Part shown: positions 23,485 through 37,543 of the stretch, piece by piece
Layout: each line of letters begins with the position of its first letter
How positions within the stretch are numbered: the stretch's first letter is position 1
NCBI GenBank assembly: GCA_022813965.1
Contig: JALDZS010000133.1
Span: 1 to 64,000 of the forward strand
From: Toensbergia leucococca
Lineage: Eukaryota
Reading direction: 5' to 3'
DNA: 64,000 bases
Translations under genes and position numbers: made by a program
The notes under the pieces: model-generated
What the model was told of the DNA's origin: nothing
What the model saw: the letters and a program-made list of their open reading frames with translations, nothing else
Database searches by the model: none

Positions 23485-24748
23485 CTAGAGCTTGCTCTCC
23501 TCCTTCTCCCCAATCAAGTTCTCAAACGCAACAGACACTTGCTCTGTCAAATCACTCGCCTGCAAACTTCTCCCGCACTTCAGAAACGCCAAGCGCGAAC
23601 ACTCCCTCGTAATGGCACTGCCCCCCCACGCCGCCAACATAAGTAACTCCTCCCTCCCCAGCGTCCCCTCAACCTCCCACAATCCCTCCAAATACGCCTC
23701 CCGCCACGCCAACAACGTCCCCAAACTCCCCGTCAAAGTATCTCCTTGGCCCCCAGCTCTCTTCCTCCCGCCCTCCCCCTCACTAACCAGAACCTTCTCC
23801 CCATCACTCACCCAGTCCACCCTCCCCTTCCTCACGACACAAACACCCCCTAACGCTCTCGCAAGCGCCGCACACCCCTCGCCCGCATCTCCCCCAACCT
23901 CAACCCCAAACGCCGCCGCCAACCGCCCAAACTCAACCACATTTGGCGTGAGGATGCACTCCCGGTATCCTTTTACCAGCTCCGGCCGCTTCTGCACCAG
24001 CAGCAACGCATCCGCATCCAGCACCATTGGCACGTTGCGCTTGCGGGCTTCGGCCACGACGCAGGCGATGGTGTCTTGCATGAGCGGGTCACGACCTAGG
24101 CCTGGGCCGATGACTAGGACGTGGAGGCGTGGGAGCATGTCGATTATTGGGGCGGCGATGGTGGAGGCGGAGGCGGACAAGGAGGAGGAGGATTGTTGCA
24201 TTAAGGGGTGGACCATCAGATTTGGAGAGTAGGTTTTTATTACTTGGGCGGCGGTGGGTTCGCAGATTACGTGGCTCTGGATTTGGAGGTTAGGGGACTG
24301 GGTGGGATGGTGGGGCTGGATGGAGATACCATATCGGCGCCTGAATGGGCGAGGGGGAGAGCTTAGCATGAGGTAGGCGTCTTGAGCACGAGGAAGGGGG
24401 TCTTGGGAGAAGGAATTACCTAGTTTTGCAGAAGCCATAGCAGAGAAGTAGGGTGCGCCGGTGTAGCTGTGCGGTGCATCACAGTCAATGCTGCTGGAGG
24501 ATGGGCATGCGAAGTTTCTTTCATGATAGGCACACACTCTTGACTGCCGCCGATGACGGCTACTCTGCCTAGTTGGCCTGAAGCGTTTGTTAGTGTGAGT
24601 TGAAAGACTTCGTCAGGGGAAGTTGGTGACGGAGAGGGGAAGATGAACCTTTGTGGAATTTCTCGAGCATGGGCGGGACCATCATGCGGACTTTGGAGAG
24701 GAGCTCTTTGCGGGAGAGGGACAGCATTGTTTTGTCTGTGTTTGTCAT
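23485..24748 (-). CDS. NNR2: ATP-dependent (S)-NAD(P)H-hydrate dehydratase (YjeF-C/CARKD)
   Basis: [66 protein letters not shown]. Ends ESKL. Confidence 0.92.
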
Positions 24749-25259
24749 TGCTCGAATGAGTAAAGCTGAATTTTAGAATTTCAAGGAAGTGAGCGAGATA
24801 GAGTGATATTCAGAATATTTCATGGAGGTTAGATGGATAGAAGTCTCTGATATTTGATGTGATGTCATAGGGTGCGTCGTCATGGATGTTGATGACTTGA
24901 CGTCCAGCCAGTCCAAAAAATCGTCATATCATGAAGAAGTGGAAATTCAGGACATTTCGAAGATGCAAATGATTTTGTTGATGGCATTCACTTTTGGCGT
25001 AAGGTAACCGTCGCCTTTGATTACTAAAGGATAGCAAGCTTTGTTGATCATGACTTTCATGGCTCTCCGTTCAAAGCACAAACTCCATGAATGCTGGTAG
25101 AACAAAAAATAATGCATCTCTTCCTGTACCCCATCTAACCCCATTAACGACGCCCGCTAAGATCAATGCACTTCGTCTCTTGAGGAATTGCCAAAGAGGT
25201 CCACTGATCGCAATACTGCATCCAAGCCAAGCCATATTCCTGCTTCAATGACGGCCAAG

Positions 25260-26404
25260 CTACCGTCTTTGACCCAGCTTAGCCTGTTGCAACGCACGCT
25301 TTCGCCTTTCCTCCTTCTGTCTCTTCATCTCGACTTCCATCTTCGCTTCAAATGCATCGTCCCTTTTGGCAGCTTTAAGCGCTTGTTCGTCTTCTTTCTC
25401 GACGTCGGAGAAATCGGCTTCCATATCTGAAAGATCTGATCCGTAGTCCTCTTCTTCCTCTTCTTCCTCCACATCGGACTCATTTTCATCGGATACATCA
25501 TTCCGCTTCCGATGCTTGGAAATTGCTCCGTGGCCAATAGAGCTACTCCGACTTCGATTACGATCAATTTCTTCATGGGGTTTCTTCCGTGTCTTGGGTG
25601 TAGTAGATAAAACAGGTTTCATCGTCCCTTTATATGCAGGTTGTGGTTTCAGAGTCCCAGTACCTTTGTACTTTAGCTGCCCATTCTTCCCCTTGATTCC
25701 TTCGTCCTTGTTCGATTTCTTGTTTGCTAGAACTGTAGAGCCTGGACTATCACTTTTACTTTCGGGCGTAGCTTGGTGGGATGGGTTTACTAAACCGCTT
25801 TTGGACTGGGCTGAAAGGCATCTTTTCTGTAAAAGTATCTCTTTCTTGCTGCTAAGTTTTTCTTTGGGCTTATGCTTTATGACCCCTACTGGAGCAGGCA
25901 CAGTCTGGGATGCCTTGGCTCGTGCCATTATCTCGGCGTAGGAACCTTTCTTTGGCTGAGCTTTCGGGGCTACATTGACAGGTAACGGATCGTTAATGGT
26001 TGATCTGACTGTGCCACGATATGGAACAGAGGAGCTGGAAACCGTAGAAGCGTGAACTGGTCTTGTTGATGGGGTCGGTACTTGAGGTTTCCTTGATGCT
26101 GGTAACAAGTTGTTTGGTCCCCTTGTCATACTCTCCTTTTTCACCTTTCCCTCTGGTAAGTCTAAACCATCCTCTGCTTTACGCTTACGGTTTGTTGATA
26201 AGGGCGCAATGCCCCGATCGCTGGTAACTTGCTTTTCATCAACTTTTGATCTTCCTGAATTCGCTAAGGGAGTCTGTGGTAGCGACGGTGAAGGCTGGGC
26301 CCCGCTGTTACCAATGCCGCTCAGTACTGAGTTTAGGAACTAGCAAAGTGGTCAACACCTCAAGTCATGGACTTCGGAAAGGCAGTCGTATGACTCACAC
26401 TCAT
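25260..26404 (-). CDS. SPT2: Spt2-family chromatin protein
   Basis: Micro first exon MS|FLNSVLSGIG, PKKGSYAEIMARAK, C-terminal SDLSDMEADFSDVEKEDEQALKAAKRDD. Confidence 0.8.
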
Positions 26405-26940
26405 GTTTATAACGTTCCTCTGTGGTCTATGAGCCTTCGCTACCGCCAGAAGAGACTGTGAAGTAGCAGACTCATCATAATTCTAATACCAGGGATCCTC
26501 TCTATGAAAGTATTTCAAGCAAGAATGAGAAGTAGTAAGTGGTGGTATCCTTGTAGTGAATGAAAGGAGGAATGTTTCAAGAGTGATAGAAATCAAACAA
26601 AAAAAGTCGCAACACCCAGAAACATGACTGCCGTTCCAGATTCACATTCATTTGCAAGCAACAATGTATTTCCGAGTCCGCTCCTCGCCTATCCCGTCTT
26701 GCGAGCTAGTGTGCCGCACAAGGTTGGATGATTAGCTTTGTGAACCTTGAATTCATTTTCAAGAGCCATATCCATCATATCCATAAGAACTTGACGTTTC
26801 AGTCTCCGCTCAATTTTGCGGTTAAATCGATTGACTCTCTTGTTCGAAACAAAAGTCCTCACGGAAGTAAGAGTCTCAAATCTGTACTACTTTCCTCAGC
26901 GTTTCGACAATCCTAATACCTTTGTTACAGTACCATCAAA

Positions 26941-27339
26941 ATGAAGCATCTTGCAGCATACCTACTTCTCGGCCTAGGCGGCAACACTTCTCCCTCAGCT
27001 TCCGATATCAAGGAAGTCTTAGGGTCTGTTGGTATCGACGCGGACGAAGAGCGATTAGACAAATTAATCAGTGAATTGAAAGGCAAGGACTTGCAGGAGG
27101 TATGGATTTCATTTTACTCGGGGGGATTGAGGACAAATGTCTGACAACCTCGCTGTCAGTTGATCGCCGAAGGTTCCACGAAATTATCATCTGTACCATC
27201 TGGTGGATCTGGTGGAGGAGCTGCTGCTGCGCCTACTACCGGCGGTGCTGCCGCCCCAGCTGAAGAGGAGAAGCCAGAGGAGAAAGAAGAGGAGAAGGAG
27301 GAGTCAGACGAGGATATGGGCTTCGGTCTTTTCGACTAA
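26941..27339 (+). CDS. RPP2: 60S acidic ribosomal protein P2
   Basis: [15 protein letters not shown]...|[16 protein letters not shown]...[13 protein letters not shown]. Confidence 0.97.
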
Positions 27340-27811
27340 GTGCTAGGATTGGGATAGAAAATGCGAATGAAACTGGACAAGCATATGGAATGCTCTTTAC
27401 AAAGTGCTCTGCAAATGTATGGGCAGAGTGGCAGTCCCTGTGATTGACCTCATCAGAGCATTCTTGTAATTCTAGCCAATTCTTGCGGAATTTCAGACAC
27501 ATGAACATCTATCCAAAAGTACTGAGTGATCCGCTATTCATTGAATAATTCGATACTAAGCTTCTATTCGTAGCAGCTTAGAATGATTGCTCTATATCAT
27601 CTCCAGATAAGCTGCTTATTACTAGCAGCAAGCTCTGTGGAATTATTCGACGTTGGTAGACTCGAATCGAGGAATAGGTAGAGTAGGTTAGGGCATTGAA
27701 ACCTTAGCGTGACCCACTAAATCTTTCGCTTAGCGAATGCTCTTCCATACCTCAACTGGTTGACCATCGTCTCACACTTCATCATCTCGAAATTCCGTAG
27801 ACATCGCGATC

Positions 27812-28613
<802 letters not shown>

Positions 28614-29037
28614 GTATGATGGACATGTCTCCGGAATTTAGCTGGTTTTTTGTACAAGGTCCATTGTGTGACTTACTGCAAACTCAAATGGCAATGGATT
28701 GATATTCACAAGCTCGTGGACTTTATGTTTAATCAACCTAATCATTCCGACTGTAGTTATAGCCAAATCTTTTCGCTCAACAGGAGAATGCAGGAGTACC
28801 TTCGTTACCAAGGAGTGAACTATGGTATTGTCTCTTGGTTCTTGTCCGCAAATACTTGCATGTATTCGACGGAAAACGATGATAAGACACCGTAAGTAGA
28901 ATAGCAAAAAAGCTTAGCAGCTGGGCTTTGTTAGGTCCACTAACAATGCCAAGTTGAAGGGTGTAATCCCTCGAATGCTTGTTGCTGCATGATGACGCTC
29001 TCGTTGAATTTGTCAGTCAACAGCCAATGTATGACTG

Positions 29038-29047
29038 ATGGCGCCAT
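29038..29047. promoter_or_regulatory. CYS-3/MetR-type bZIP binding palindrome ATGGCGCCAT
   Basis: Exact match to the ATGRYRYCAT consensus, 160 bp upstream of the cystathionine gamma-lyase ATG and upstream of a TATAAAA at 29123-29129. Confidence 0.65.
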
Positions 29048-29206
29048 CTACCATTTGATTCTATGTGCGCCCGTCTAGTAAAATTGTCCTGCTTGATAGC
29101 CTGTGAGCCGAAAAAGCTTCTTTATAAAAGAGTCCTCAGTCCCAGAACATTTTCCATTTCCACCGAGCTCGGAATCCGAACCGTACCACTCGAAACGATT
29201 TGCATC

Positions 29207-30632
29207 ATGTCACCCGCCGACCATCCGATTGATACACCTCCTAGAGCTGCATCGCCCGTACACAGATTCGGCACTCTAGCAGTCCATGCCGGAAGTCCCC
29301 ACGACCCCGTGACTGGAGCTGTCATAGAATCTGTGAGTACTCCAGATGAACCCCCACCGAGCATTGACTGACCTGCGGTAGATATCGCTCTCAACCACCT
29401 TTGCGCAAACAGGCGTTGGGAAGCCAGTGGGCGAGTATGAATATACGAGAAGCTCTAATCCGAACAGGTCAGCACCCACTACACCATACGAATCCACAAC
29501 TTGTTACTAATAAGTCCGCTAGAAACAATTTCGAAAGGGCTGTCGCAGCGCTTGAGCATGCGCGCTTTGCCCTTGCGTTTTCCTCCGGTTCAGCAACAAC
29601 AGCCCTGATACTGCAGTCCCTAGCCCAGGGTTCGCATGTCGTCTCCGTCTCCGATGTCTATGGCGGCACTCACCGATATTTCACGAAAGTGGCGGCAGCA
29701 CATGGTGTCCAAGTGACTTTCTCCCCCAGCATCGAATTGGACATCGCGGAGCTCATCCGACCAAACGAGACCAAGCTCATCTGGATCGAGAGTCCGAGTA
29801 ACCCCACACTAAGCCTGGTTGATATCCGAGTCGTTGCAACGGTGGCACATCAGCACGGCATAATGGTTGTGGTCGACAACACCTTTCTCAGTCCATACGT
29901 ACAGAATCCTCTCGACCACGGCGCAGATATTGTGATTCACTCAGTCACCAAATACATAAACGGGCACTCAGTAAGCCCTATTTTCCAACCGATCCTTCTC
30001 GTTCTCCGAATCCCGCTCACTAATGCACGCCACAGGACGTCCTTATGGGCGCTGCAGCCTTCAACTCCCCCACAATCCAAGACCGCCTCTCCTTCCTCCA
30101 AAACGCCATCGGCGCTGTCCCCTCCCCCTTCGACTGCTGGCTCGCCCACCGCGGCCTCAAAACCCTACACCTCCGCGCCCGCGAAGCAACCATCAACGCC
30201 ACCTCCGTCGCCACAACCCTGGAATCATCCCCACACGTCCTCGCCGTCAGCTATCCCGGCCTCGCATCCCACCCCCACCGCTCGATAGCCATAAAACAAC
30301 ACCGCAACGGCATGGGCGGTGGCATGCTCAGCTTCCGTATCAAAGGCGGCAAAGAGGCCGCGGAGCGCTTCTGCCAGAGCACGCAGATCTTCACGCTTGC
30401 GGAGAGTCTGGGCGGCGTGGAGAGCTTGGTGGAGGTGCCTAGTAGTATGACGCATGCGGGAATTCCGAGGGAGCAGCGGGAGGCGGCCGGGGTGTGGGAT
30501 GATCTTGTGAGGATCAGCTGCGGCATTGAGGACGCAGAGGATTTGCGGGCGGATGTGATGCAGGCGTTGGAGAAGGCGGTTGTGGGGCCCAAGGTCAATG
30601 GGTTCGCGGGGAACGGGGTCAATGGACATTGA
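29207..30632 (+). CDS. CYS3: Cystathionine gamma-lyase (PLP-dependent)
   Basis: FGTLAVHAG, YEYTRSSNPN, WIESPSNP, VVDNTF, HSVTKYINGHS|D (PLP lysine), LAESLGGVESL. Confidence 0.95.
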
Positions 30633-31125
30633 CGACCTTGATGAGATGACGGTTTCATCGAATTCATAGAGGCGTTGTCGGAAAACTTGGTTGATGTGAT
30701 ATACCCGGTTCCGTTGCTGTTATGAATAGATTCCGAGTGGGGACTTCTCTGCTTGACCACTCTCCTCGATATCGTACTTTCCCAAACAGCAGGATTGAAT
30801 AAAAGATCCACCCTTCCCACCTTTCTGACAATGCAAAATGACGATTCACCGTGAACGAATAGGAGCACACTTTCTCCATAAACACGTCTCGCTGGCAGTG
30901 CAATCCTCTCCTCGTCATGTATTTACAACAATCCTAAATCTACCAATAATGACCCGCTCAAAAAACTCACCATGGTATACCCACCTCGCAGAATCGGAAA
31001 TGACGCCCGTACAAGCCCAGACAAACGCAAACCGCATTCCACCCGCCCCTATCCCAGCGGCCCCCTTGCCCCAACAGACCAGATCCAGCGATTAAGTCCC
31101 TCAAAGTCGAAAAGGCCCAGTCCTC

Positions 31126-34080
31126 TCACATCGTATTCCCCGGCGGCGTGCTAACGCCCATAAAAACCCCTCCGCTGCTGCTATAAGCCCCAGGATGTTG
31201 CTGCAGCAGGTCCTCCTGGCGCTCCGCCGGCGGCGGCGGCGGTGAAAAAGGTAGGTCCATACTCGGAGGCCAGATCTGGTTTGCGGGGTCAAGACCTGAA
31301 TTTTGGATGTAGCTATCCCACGCCTCCTGCAAATGTGTCCATTAGTGGTCATGTTTCAGCTTTAATGGATGGGATCAAACGAACCCAGTCCAGATTCGCC
31401 GGAGCCATGTCCATGCCGTTTGATAGGAAGGGAAAGGGATTGGGCGCAAATGTCAGGCCGTTTGTGGACTGCTCCATGGAGTATTGAGGCGTTAGTCCGG
31501 AGCGCTGCATCTCGCTCGTGGTGCTGTTGGTGCCCGGGAGTGCGGGAAAGGGATTGTTGAAGAGGACAGAGGAATTTGGTGTCATTCCGCCGTTACTGAG
31601 CATACCGAGCGTCATCGCCGCAGAATGCTCTGGCTTTTCGTCCTCTTGCGGTAGACGCATGAATGCCTGAGCCATATCTGTGCCATTAGCGCCCGGGTAG
31701 GAGACTGGATTCTGCAATTGTGGAGCAACCAATTGACTGCGATTTTTCTTCAGCTTCTCAATCATGACGGTGAGGATCTCAGAAGCTTTGTAGGCTTCCA
31801 TCGAGCTGTCCTTGAGTTCCAGCCATATATCCTTGGATACGCCGAGCGATTTGATCATTTCCGAGCGTCTCTCGATACCCCACATGTATGGGTCGCTAGA
31901 GCTCTGGCCAGCGCCCTCGGCCTCGGCGCTGTAGCACAGATCTAAACAGACAATCATTGCGGCGAGAAGAAAGTCGTGAGTTGTAAGCGAATTAGCAAAG
32001 ACTCTTGAACCGTGGAGACGGTGGCCCGGAAGAGTCTCGTAGTGGAGGGTAGCTTGGTGATGGAGAAGATCCATGGAGGAATCAACGCACGTACGGCGAG
32101 AATGTGCGTATCGAGGATTCTCGCGAGCTCGAGCGAGGAACTTGCGGTGGAGAACGCATTGGCCTTTGCTGTATAGGATGGAGAGGTTGATACGCTGCAT
32201 GAGTAAAGCTCCCGGGTCCTGCAGCGACTCTTCCATAGGTCGAAGACGCAAATAAGACGGTAATTCGTCACGAGTTTCCCTAAGAAGGTGATCTAACTTC
32301 ATAATGTCTTCGTATGAGGATGAAGATACAGAATGTACGGTCTCGACGATTCTTCCAAAGACAAACGCCGTTCGAGCTTTGGCGATCATGTACGAGACGG
32401 GAGTGAGCTCTGATGCAGGCCTCGACGGTGGTAAGGATGGTGTGTCTTCATCAAACTCATCATCGTACAAGTTCCGGGGCAAGCCAGTGTCACAATCATG
32501 CAGTCGGATCATGTTTGGTAGGCCGAGTTGAAAGGAGAAAAGAAGATCTGACTGGCGAACAAAGGTCCAGACACGCCTACGAATTTCCCCTTGGAAGGGG
32601 GTGATGTTTGGAAAGTACTTTGGGTCCCGGTGGTATCCCATGCGCATGGAAAGCCGCACGATCATGCCGACCAACACCCATATACCCACTTCTGCATCTC
32701 GACTTCTGGCATACTCGCCGTGAAGATGCAGGATGAGAGCTTCAATCATGTGGTTTACTGGCTTGGTAAAATCGGCAACGATAAGACATTGTGCCGTAAG
32801 AGATCGATACTTGGCCGCCAAATTAAGTGATTTGCCTCGGAACTCTGGAGGTTCGTCGCCCATATCATTGTAGGAGTGCATTGCAAGGCATAACATGGCA
32901 AACATTTGACCCAGCCAGGCCGGCTCACTCTTCGAGGGATTTTCCCAAAACTTGTCATACTACCCTGTGTCAGCAAAGCAACCTACTGTCAAGGAAGGTG
33001 TTCGAAGGCCGCAGTAGGGGAATTGCTGAAAAAGCAATGGTAATTTACTAGGACCAATCTACATACCAGTCTCTGCCATGAGGGGGGATGTAGAATATCT
33101 GCATCTTGGATTAGATAAGGTATCAATCCTGCTCCAAAGCAAAACTTACGAATAGAAGGATCATAGGAGTTCCAATAACGCGCTATGATCTTGTCTGTAA
33201 TCAATCTTCCAGGAACTGATGCCAGTATGTCCGAATACTCTGGCAACTTGCTACCACCAAAAAGAAACGTTGGTCCTTTAATAAAGTCATCCGAGTGCTT
33301 AGATGCCTCAACTTTGAGTGCTTGGTCATCGTATTGCTTCTTGTGCTCCGCAAACCAATTCTTGACTTCTGAGATCTGAATAGAAATGAGTCCTCTGCAA
33401 AACACCGCTTCACAGTCTCACGCGGAAACTCACGTCACTCAAAATTGCAGCCCAATGAACCTCTCCAAAGTACATGGACTTATTATCCATGACCTTCATG
33501 ACCCCTAGCGACTGGGCAACCTGATCCGTCTCGCTTTCAGCCTCGTTCCCGTTCTCTTTGATCACATCATCTTCAGCGGCATCGACATCGACATCTTGGG
33601 AGTATTCCATTGATCCCGTACTGTCACTCATAGACAGTGCCCGTGAAGCGGCAGCTGGACCAGCAGAGTGCGCGCCATTTGTCATCAGCGAAAGAACCAA
33701 GTTCTCCAAACGGTCGATGCGATGTTGCATGTCATCAGGAGTTCTGGCAGAGCCTGATGAACTAGAAGACTTTTTGCGGCTTCCTGGCGCTGTGTAAGAG
33801 CACCCCATAGACTCCCCTCTCTTTACACAGTTTTCACATGGCTGTGATCTGTTGCATTTGAGTCTGGATAGAGTATTAGCCCACCTTCACACACGCGGGC
33901 TGTAGTATGACAGGCAGCTAAATTCCTTCAAATCGATATAAAGGAAAGACCTTACTTTCTGATCCTGCAAGGGGCACACGATAACGGTACTCTATTTCGT
34001 TTTCGCACAACCTTGTATTGTCCATCTGGAGAATATTGTCCGTTGCTCGAGCCTGTTGACGGAGGAGTGGGAGTCATCAT
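31126..34080 (-). CDS. Zn(II)2Cys6 transcription factor with fungal-specific TF middle domain (Mrr1/Hap1-like), multi-exon
   Basis: RKRNRVPLSCAPCRIR|KLKCNRSQPCENCVKRGESMGCSY, RIDRLENLVL, MRMGYHRDP...EIRRRVW, LPRNLYD, C-terminal NLDW|EAWDSYI. Confidence 0.92.
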
Positions 34081-35119
34081 ATGTAACCTGACTGGTTATG
34101 AGATTTGGGCAGAGTGTGAGGTCCTGATGATATGTTCTTCGCGCAAGGTATTGTCCAATACTACGCTTCGAGTAGTAGCCCACAAAGTCAGACGCCAGGC
34201 TCAGCCGAGTCAACCATAGAAAATCGAATGGTCTTCAGCGTATACAGGGCCTTGAGCCTGTGCACTCTTGATGCCGGTAAGGTTGTGGTAGACGACTGCG
34301 ACGAAGAAGTGTCAGCAGCGGACTGCACAACAGCAAATATGAGAAGTGCCGCTTTATGTGTTTACCTAGCTGTGGTCTGCTATGTCTTCCGAGCGCATCA
34401 CTCTCGTTGAGAGGACTAGGTGGACTGGACTGATGTAGCGCGGAGCTTCTAGACAGAATCTTGAACTTAACCTCTGATGGGACTATGACTCGACAATTTG
34501 CGAAAATGCGAGGGCTAGATGAGGGATAAGAAATGGTATTCCTGTAAATCAATTATTCGTTGTGGAAAGCTCGTCGTCCATGCGAGTGTGCCAAGACAGA
34601 ATCCTTCAAGCCATCAAGGTACGGCGTCATTAATATTTTCCTGGGTGTATCCGTACATACTCTGATCCTTGCCAAGTGTATGATTGGCAGCTCAGAGAAT
34701 AGCTGAATATATGGATATCTGATTGGTAACTTTGCTATGACTCTGAACTTTAGTGCCATGTACTAATTCCGCTAATTCCGCAGGCAACCATTCCACGATC
34801 CGTGTATTACGAACAAGTCTATCAAAATAGCATATACGAGTAGCTGTCAGTTGAGTAGAACAAATTCGACAATGTTTTGTATCAAGCTGTAACACCCAGA
34901 TTTTGCTCTTAATTACAAGATCCATTGTTGTCCTTCCACCTTAGCTGCCCTATGAGACCTGATGAAGTTTTGATGTTGGTAGGATTCCACAAAGATTTCC
35001 TTCAAACTAAAAGGTACAAAGGATACTTCACGCGCAGTGCTCTTTATGATACATCTTGCGGATGAGTCAGTACCCCAGCAAATCCTGCTTAAGAAAGGCC
35101 AGCCTACCTTTGGTATCCA

Positions 35120-37025
35120 CTATGTGAAGCTCTTCGTAAACGAAATTGTAACATCCTTGAGCTTAGCCTCTAGATCCTTACTCAATTGTCCCTCCTTGTC
35201 AATTTGTGCCAACATATCGCTCTCGTTGCTCCTCAAGTGAGCCAAGAAGTCCGCCTCCCATTGAAGGATCTTCGCAACTGGTACAGTGTCGAGGTGACCA
35301 TTTACACCCGCGAAGATGAGGGGAACCATCTCGTTAACAGCCATGGGTGAGTACTGCTTTTGCTTGAGCAATTCTGTCAGACGTTCACCGCGGTTAAGCG
35401 TCTGTTTAGTAGCCGCATCTAGATCGGAACCGAACTGAGCAAAGGCAGCAACCTCACGGTATTGAGCCAAGAATAGCTTCAGAGAACCGGCGACTTGTTT
35501 CATAGCCTTGAGCTGGGCAGCGGATCCGACACGAGACACGGACAGCCCAACGTTGATGGCAGGACGAACACCTTTGTAGAACAATTCGGCTTCAAGGAAG
35601 ATCTGGCCGTCGGTGATGGAAATAACGTTGGTTGGAATATAGGCTGAGACATCACCACCTTGAGTCTCAATGATGGGCAGCGCCGTCAACGAACCGCCTC
35701 CGTGCTTATCACTCATTTTGGCAGCACGCTCGAGAAGACGAGAGTGGAGGTAGAAAACGCTTCACAAAATTTAGCAAGAGCGCTAGCAAACAAGCTAGCA
35801 TTGAATGGATAGGATATTTACTCACTCTCCAGGATAAGCTTCACGCCCAGGTGGACGACGAAGTAATAGGGACATTTGGCGGTAAGCCACAGCCTGCTTG
35901 GACAAGTCATCGTAGACGATGACGGCGTGCCTTCCATTGTCGCGGAACCACTCACCCATAGCACATCCAGTAAAGGGTGCAATGTATTGTAGAGGAGCTG
36001 CTTCCGAAGCTGTAGCGGCCACGATAATCGAATACTTCATCGCATCGTTCTCTTCGAGAGTTTTGACAAGTTGTGCGACAGTAGAACGCTTCTGCCCAAC
36101 AGCAACGTAAACACAGTATAATTTCTTCGTCTCGTCATTACCATCGTTCCATCGCTTCTGGTTGAGCATCGCATCCAGAGCGACCGCGGTTTTCCCAGTC
36201 TGACGATCGCCAATGATCAGCTCACGCTGACCACGTCCAATAGGTACCATGGCATCAATTGACTTGAGTCCAGTCTGAACTGGTTGATTGACTGAATGAC
36301 GAGGTAGAATACCAGGCGCTTTGAGCTGGGCTCGAAGCTTTTCGGTAGTCTTGATCGGGCCTTTGCCATCAATGGGATTACCCAGGGCATCGACAACGCG
36401 ACCAAGCATCTCGGGTCCCACAGGAACGTCGACCTAGAGAATCGTTAGGAAAAAATGTACTTCTGCACGCACATTTCAAGCACGTACGATTTCTCCGGTA
36501 CGCTTGACGGTCTCGCCTTCCTTCACAAGACGATCTGAACCAAAAAGCACAACACCAACTTGGCCAGCTTCCAAATTCATGCACATTCCTTTGACACCAG
36601 AGGCAAACCTATCCAATGATGAGCTCTTGTCGCTCCAGGATGCATTTCTTTCACTCACTCAACAAGTTCCTCGGCCTGGACGTTGGCCATTCCATGGACA
36701 CGAGCGATACCATCACTATAGCAGACAAAGTGTCAGCTATTGGGTACTTGCGCTATTGCCCCAAGCTCAGAATCACTTACCCAACAGATAGAACACGTCC
36801 AGTTTCGGCAAGACCGGCTTCCTCTTGTACACCTCGGATTCTTTGCTCCAGTATTGACGAGACTTCGGTGGGAGAAGCTTTTGCATCGGCAGCATAGCTT
36901 CGGACATGCTTTGCAGCGGCGGTAAAAGCTGGTGGTATTGCTTTTGAGCTAGCAGCTGTGATTCTGGTGGTGGCAGTGATGGCACCAACGGTGCGGCCAG
37001 ATTGCCGCAGTGCGTTTCTAAACAT
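35120..37025 (-). CDS. ATP1: Mitochondrial F1 ATP synthase alpha subunit
   Basis: Presequence [17 protein letters not shown]-loop, [25 protein letters not shown]. Four introns. Confidence 0.99.
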
Positions 37026-37543
37026 GATGATTATGAGTCTGAAAAACAAGGAAAAATCTATAGAGGACTTGCTGATGCAATTGACGAGGGGGGAGGGGAG
37101 ATTGAGATCAATGGCAATGTTGCAACCAAGCTCTGTCGTTAGAGGAGGTCGAGGATTTGAGAGCGGAACAAGGGGGCTAACTTGTTCTGGCTAAGTCTCT
37201 TATTATGTAATGGTCGGTCTTAACCTCCAACAAACTCCATACCTTAGAGACAGACCATAATTACGTCTTTTTGATCAGGTACGTACGTAAATACATAGAT
37301 CTACTCATGTTGGGACGAGAAGCAATACACTGTATCAGATAATTTTTCGTGCACGTAGTCCATAGTCCGCTTCCAGTCTCCTTCCCTAGGAATTGAGAGG
37401 AGACGTGCCCCAGCAGACGTTTCCTTGGTGATAAATACGGATACGCGATTCTGTATTTGGTAAACACTTCGCTCCACCCACCAACAGCACTCCACCGTCC
37501 CCCACCATTGACTTTTCTTTCCTCTGCAAATCGTGAACACAAT

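Noticed and set aside
24773..24823. Upstream in-frame ATG as an N-terminal targeting extension of NNR2
   Set aside because: Interrupted by TAA after 16 codons, and the peptide is not presequence-like.
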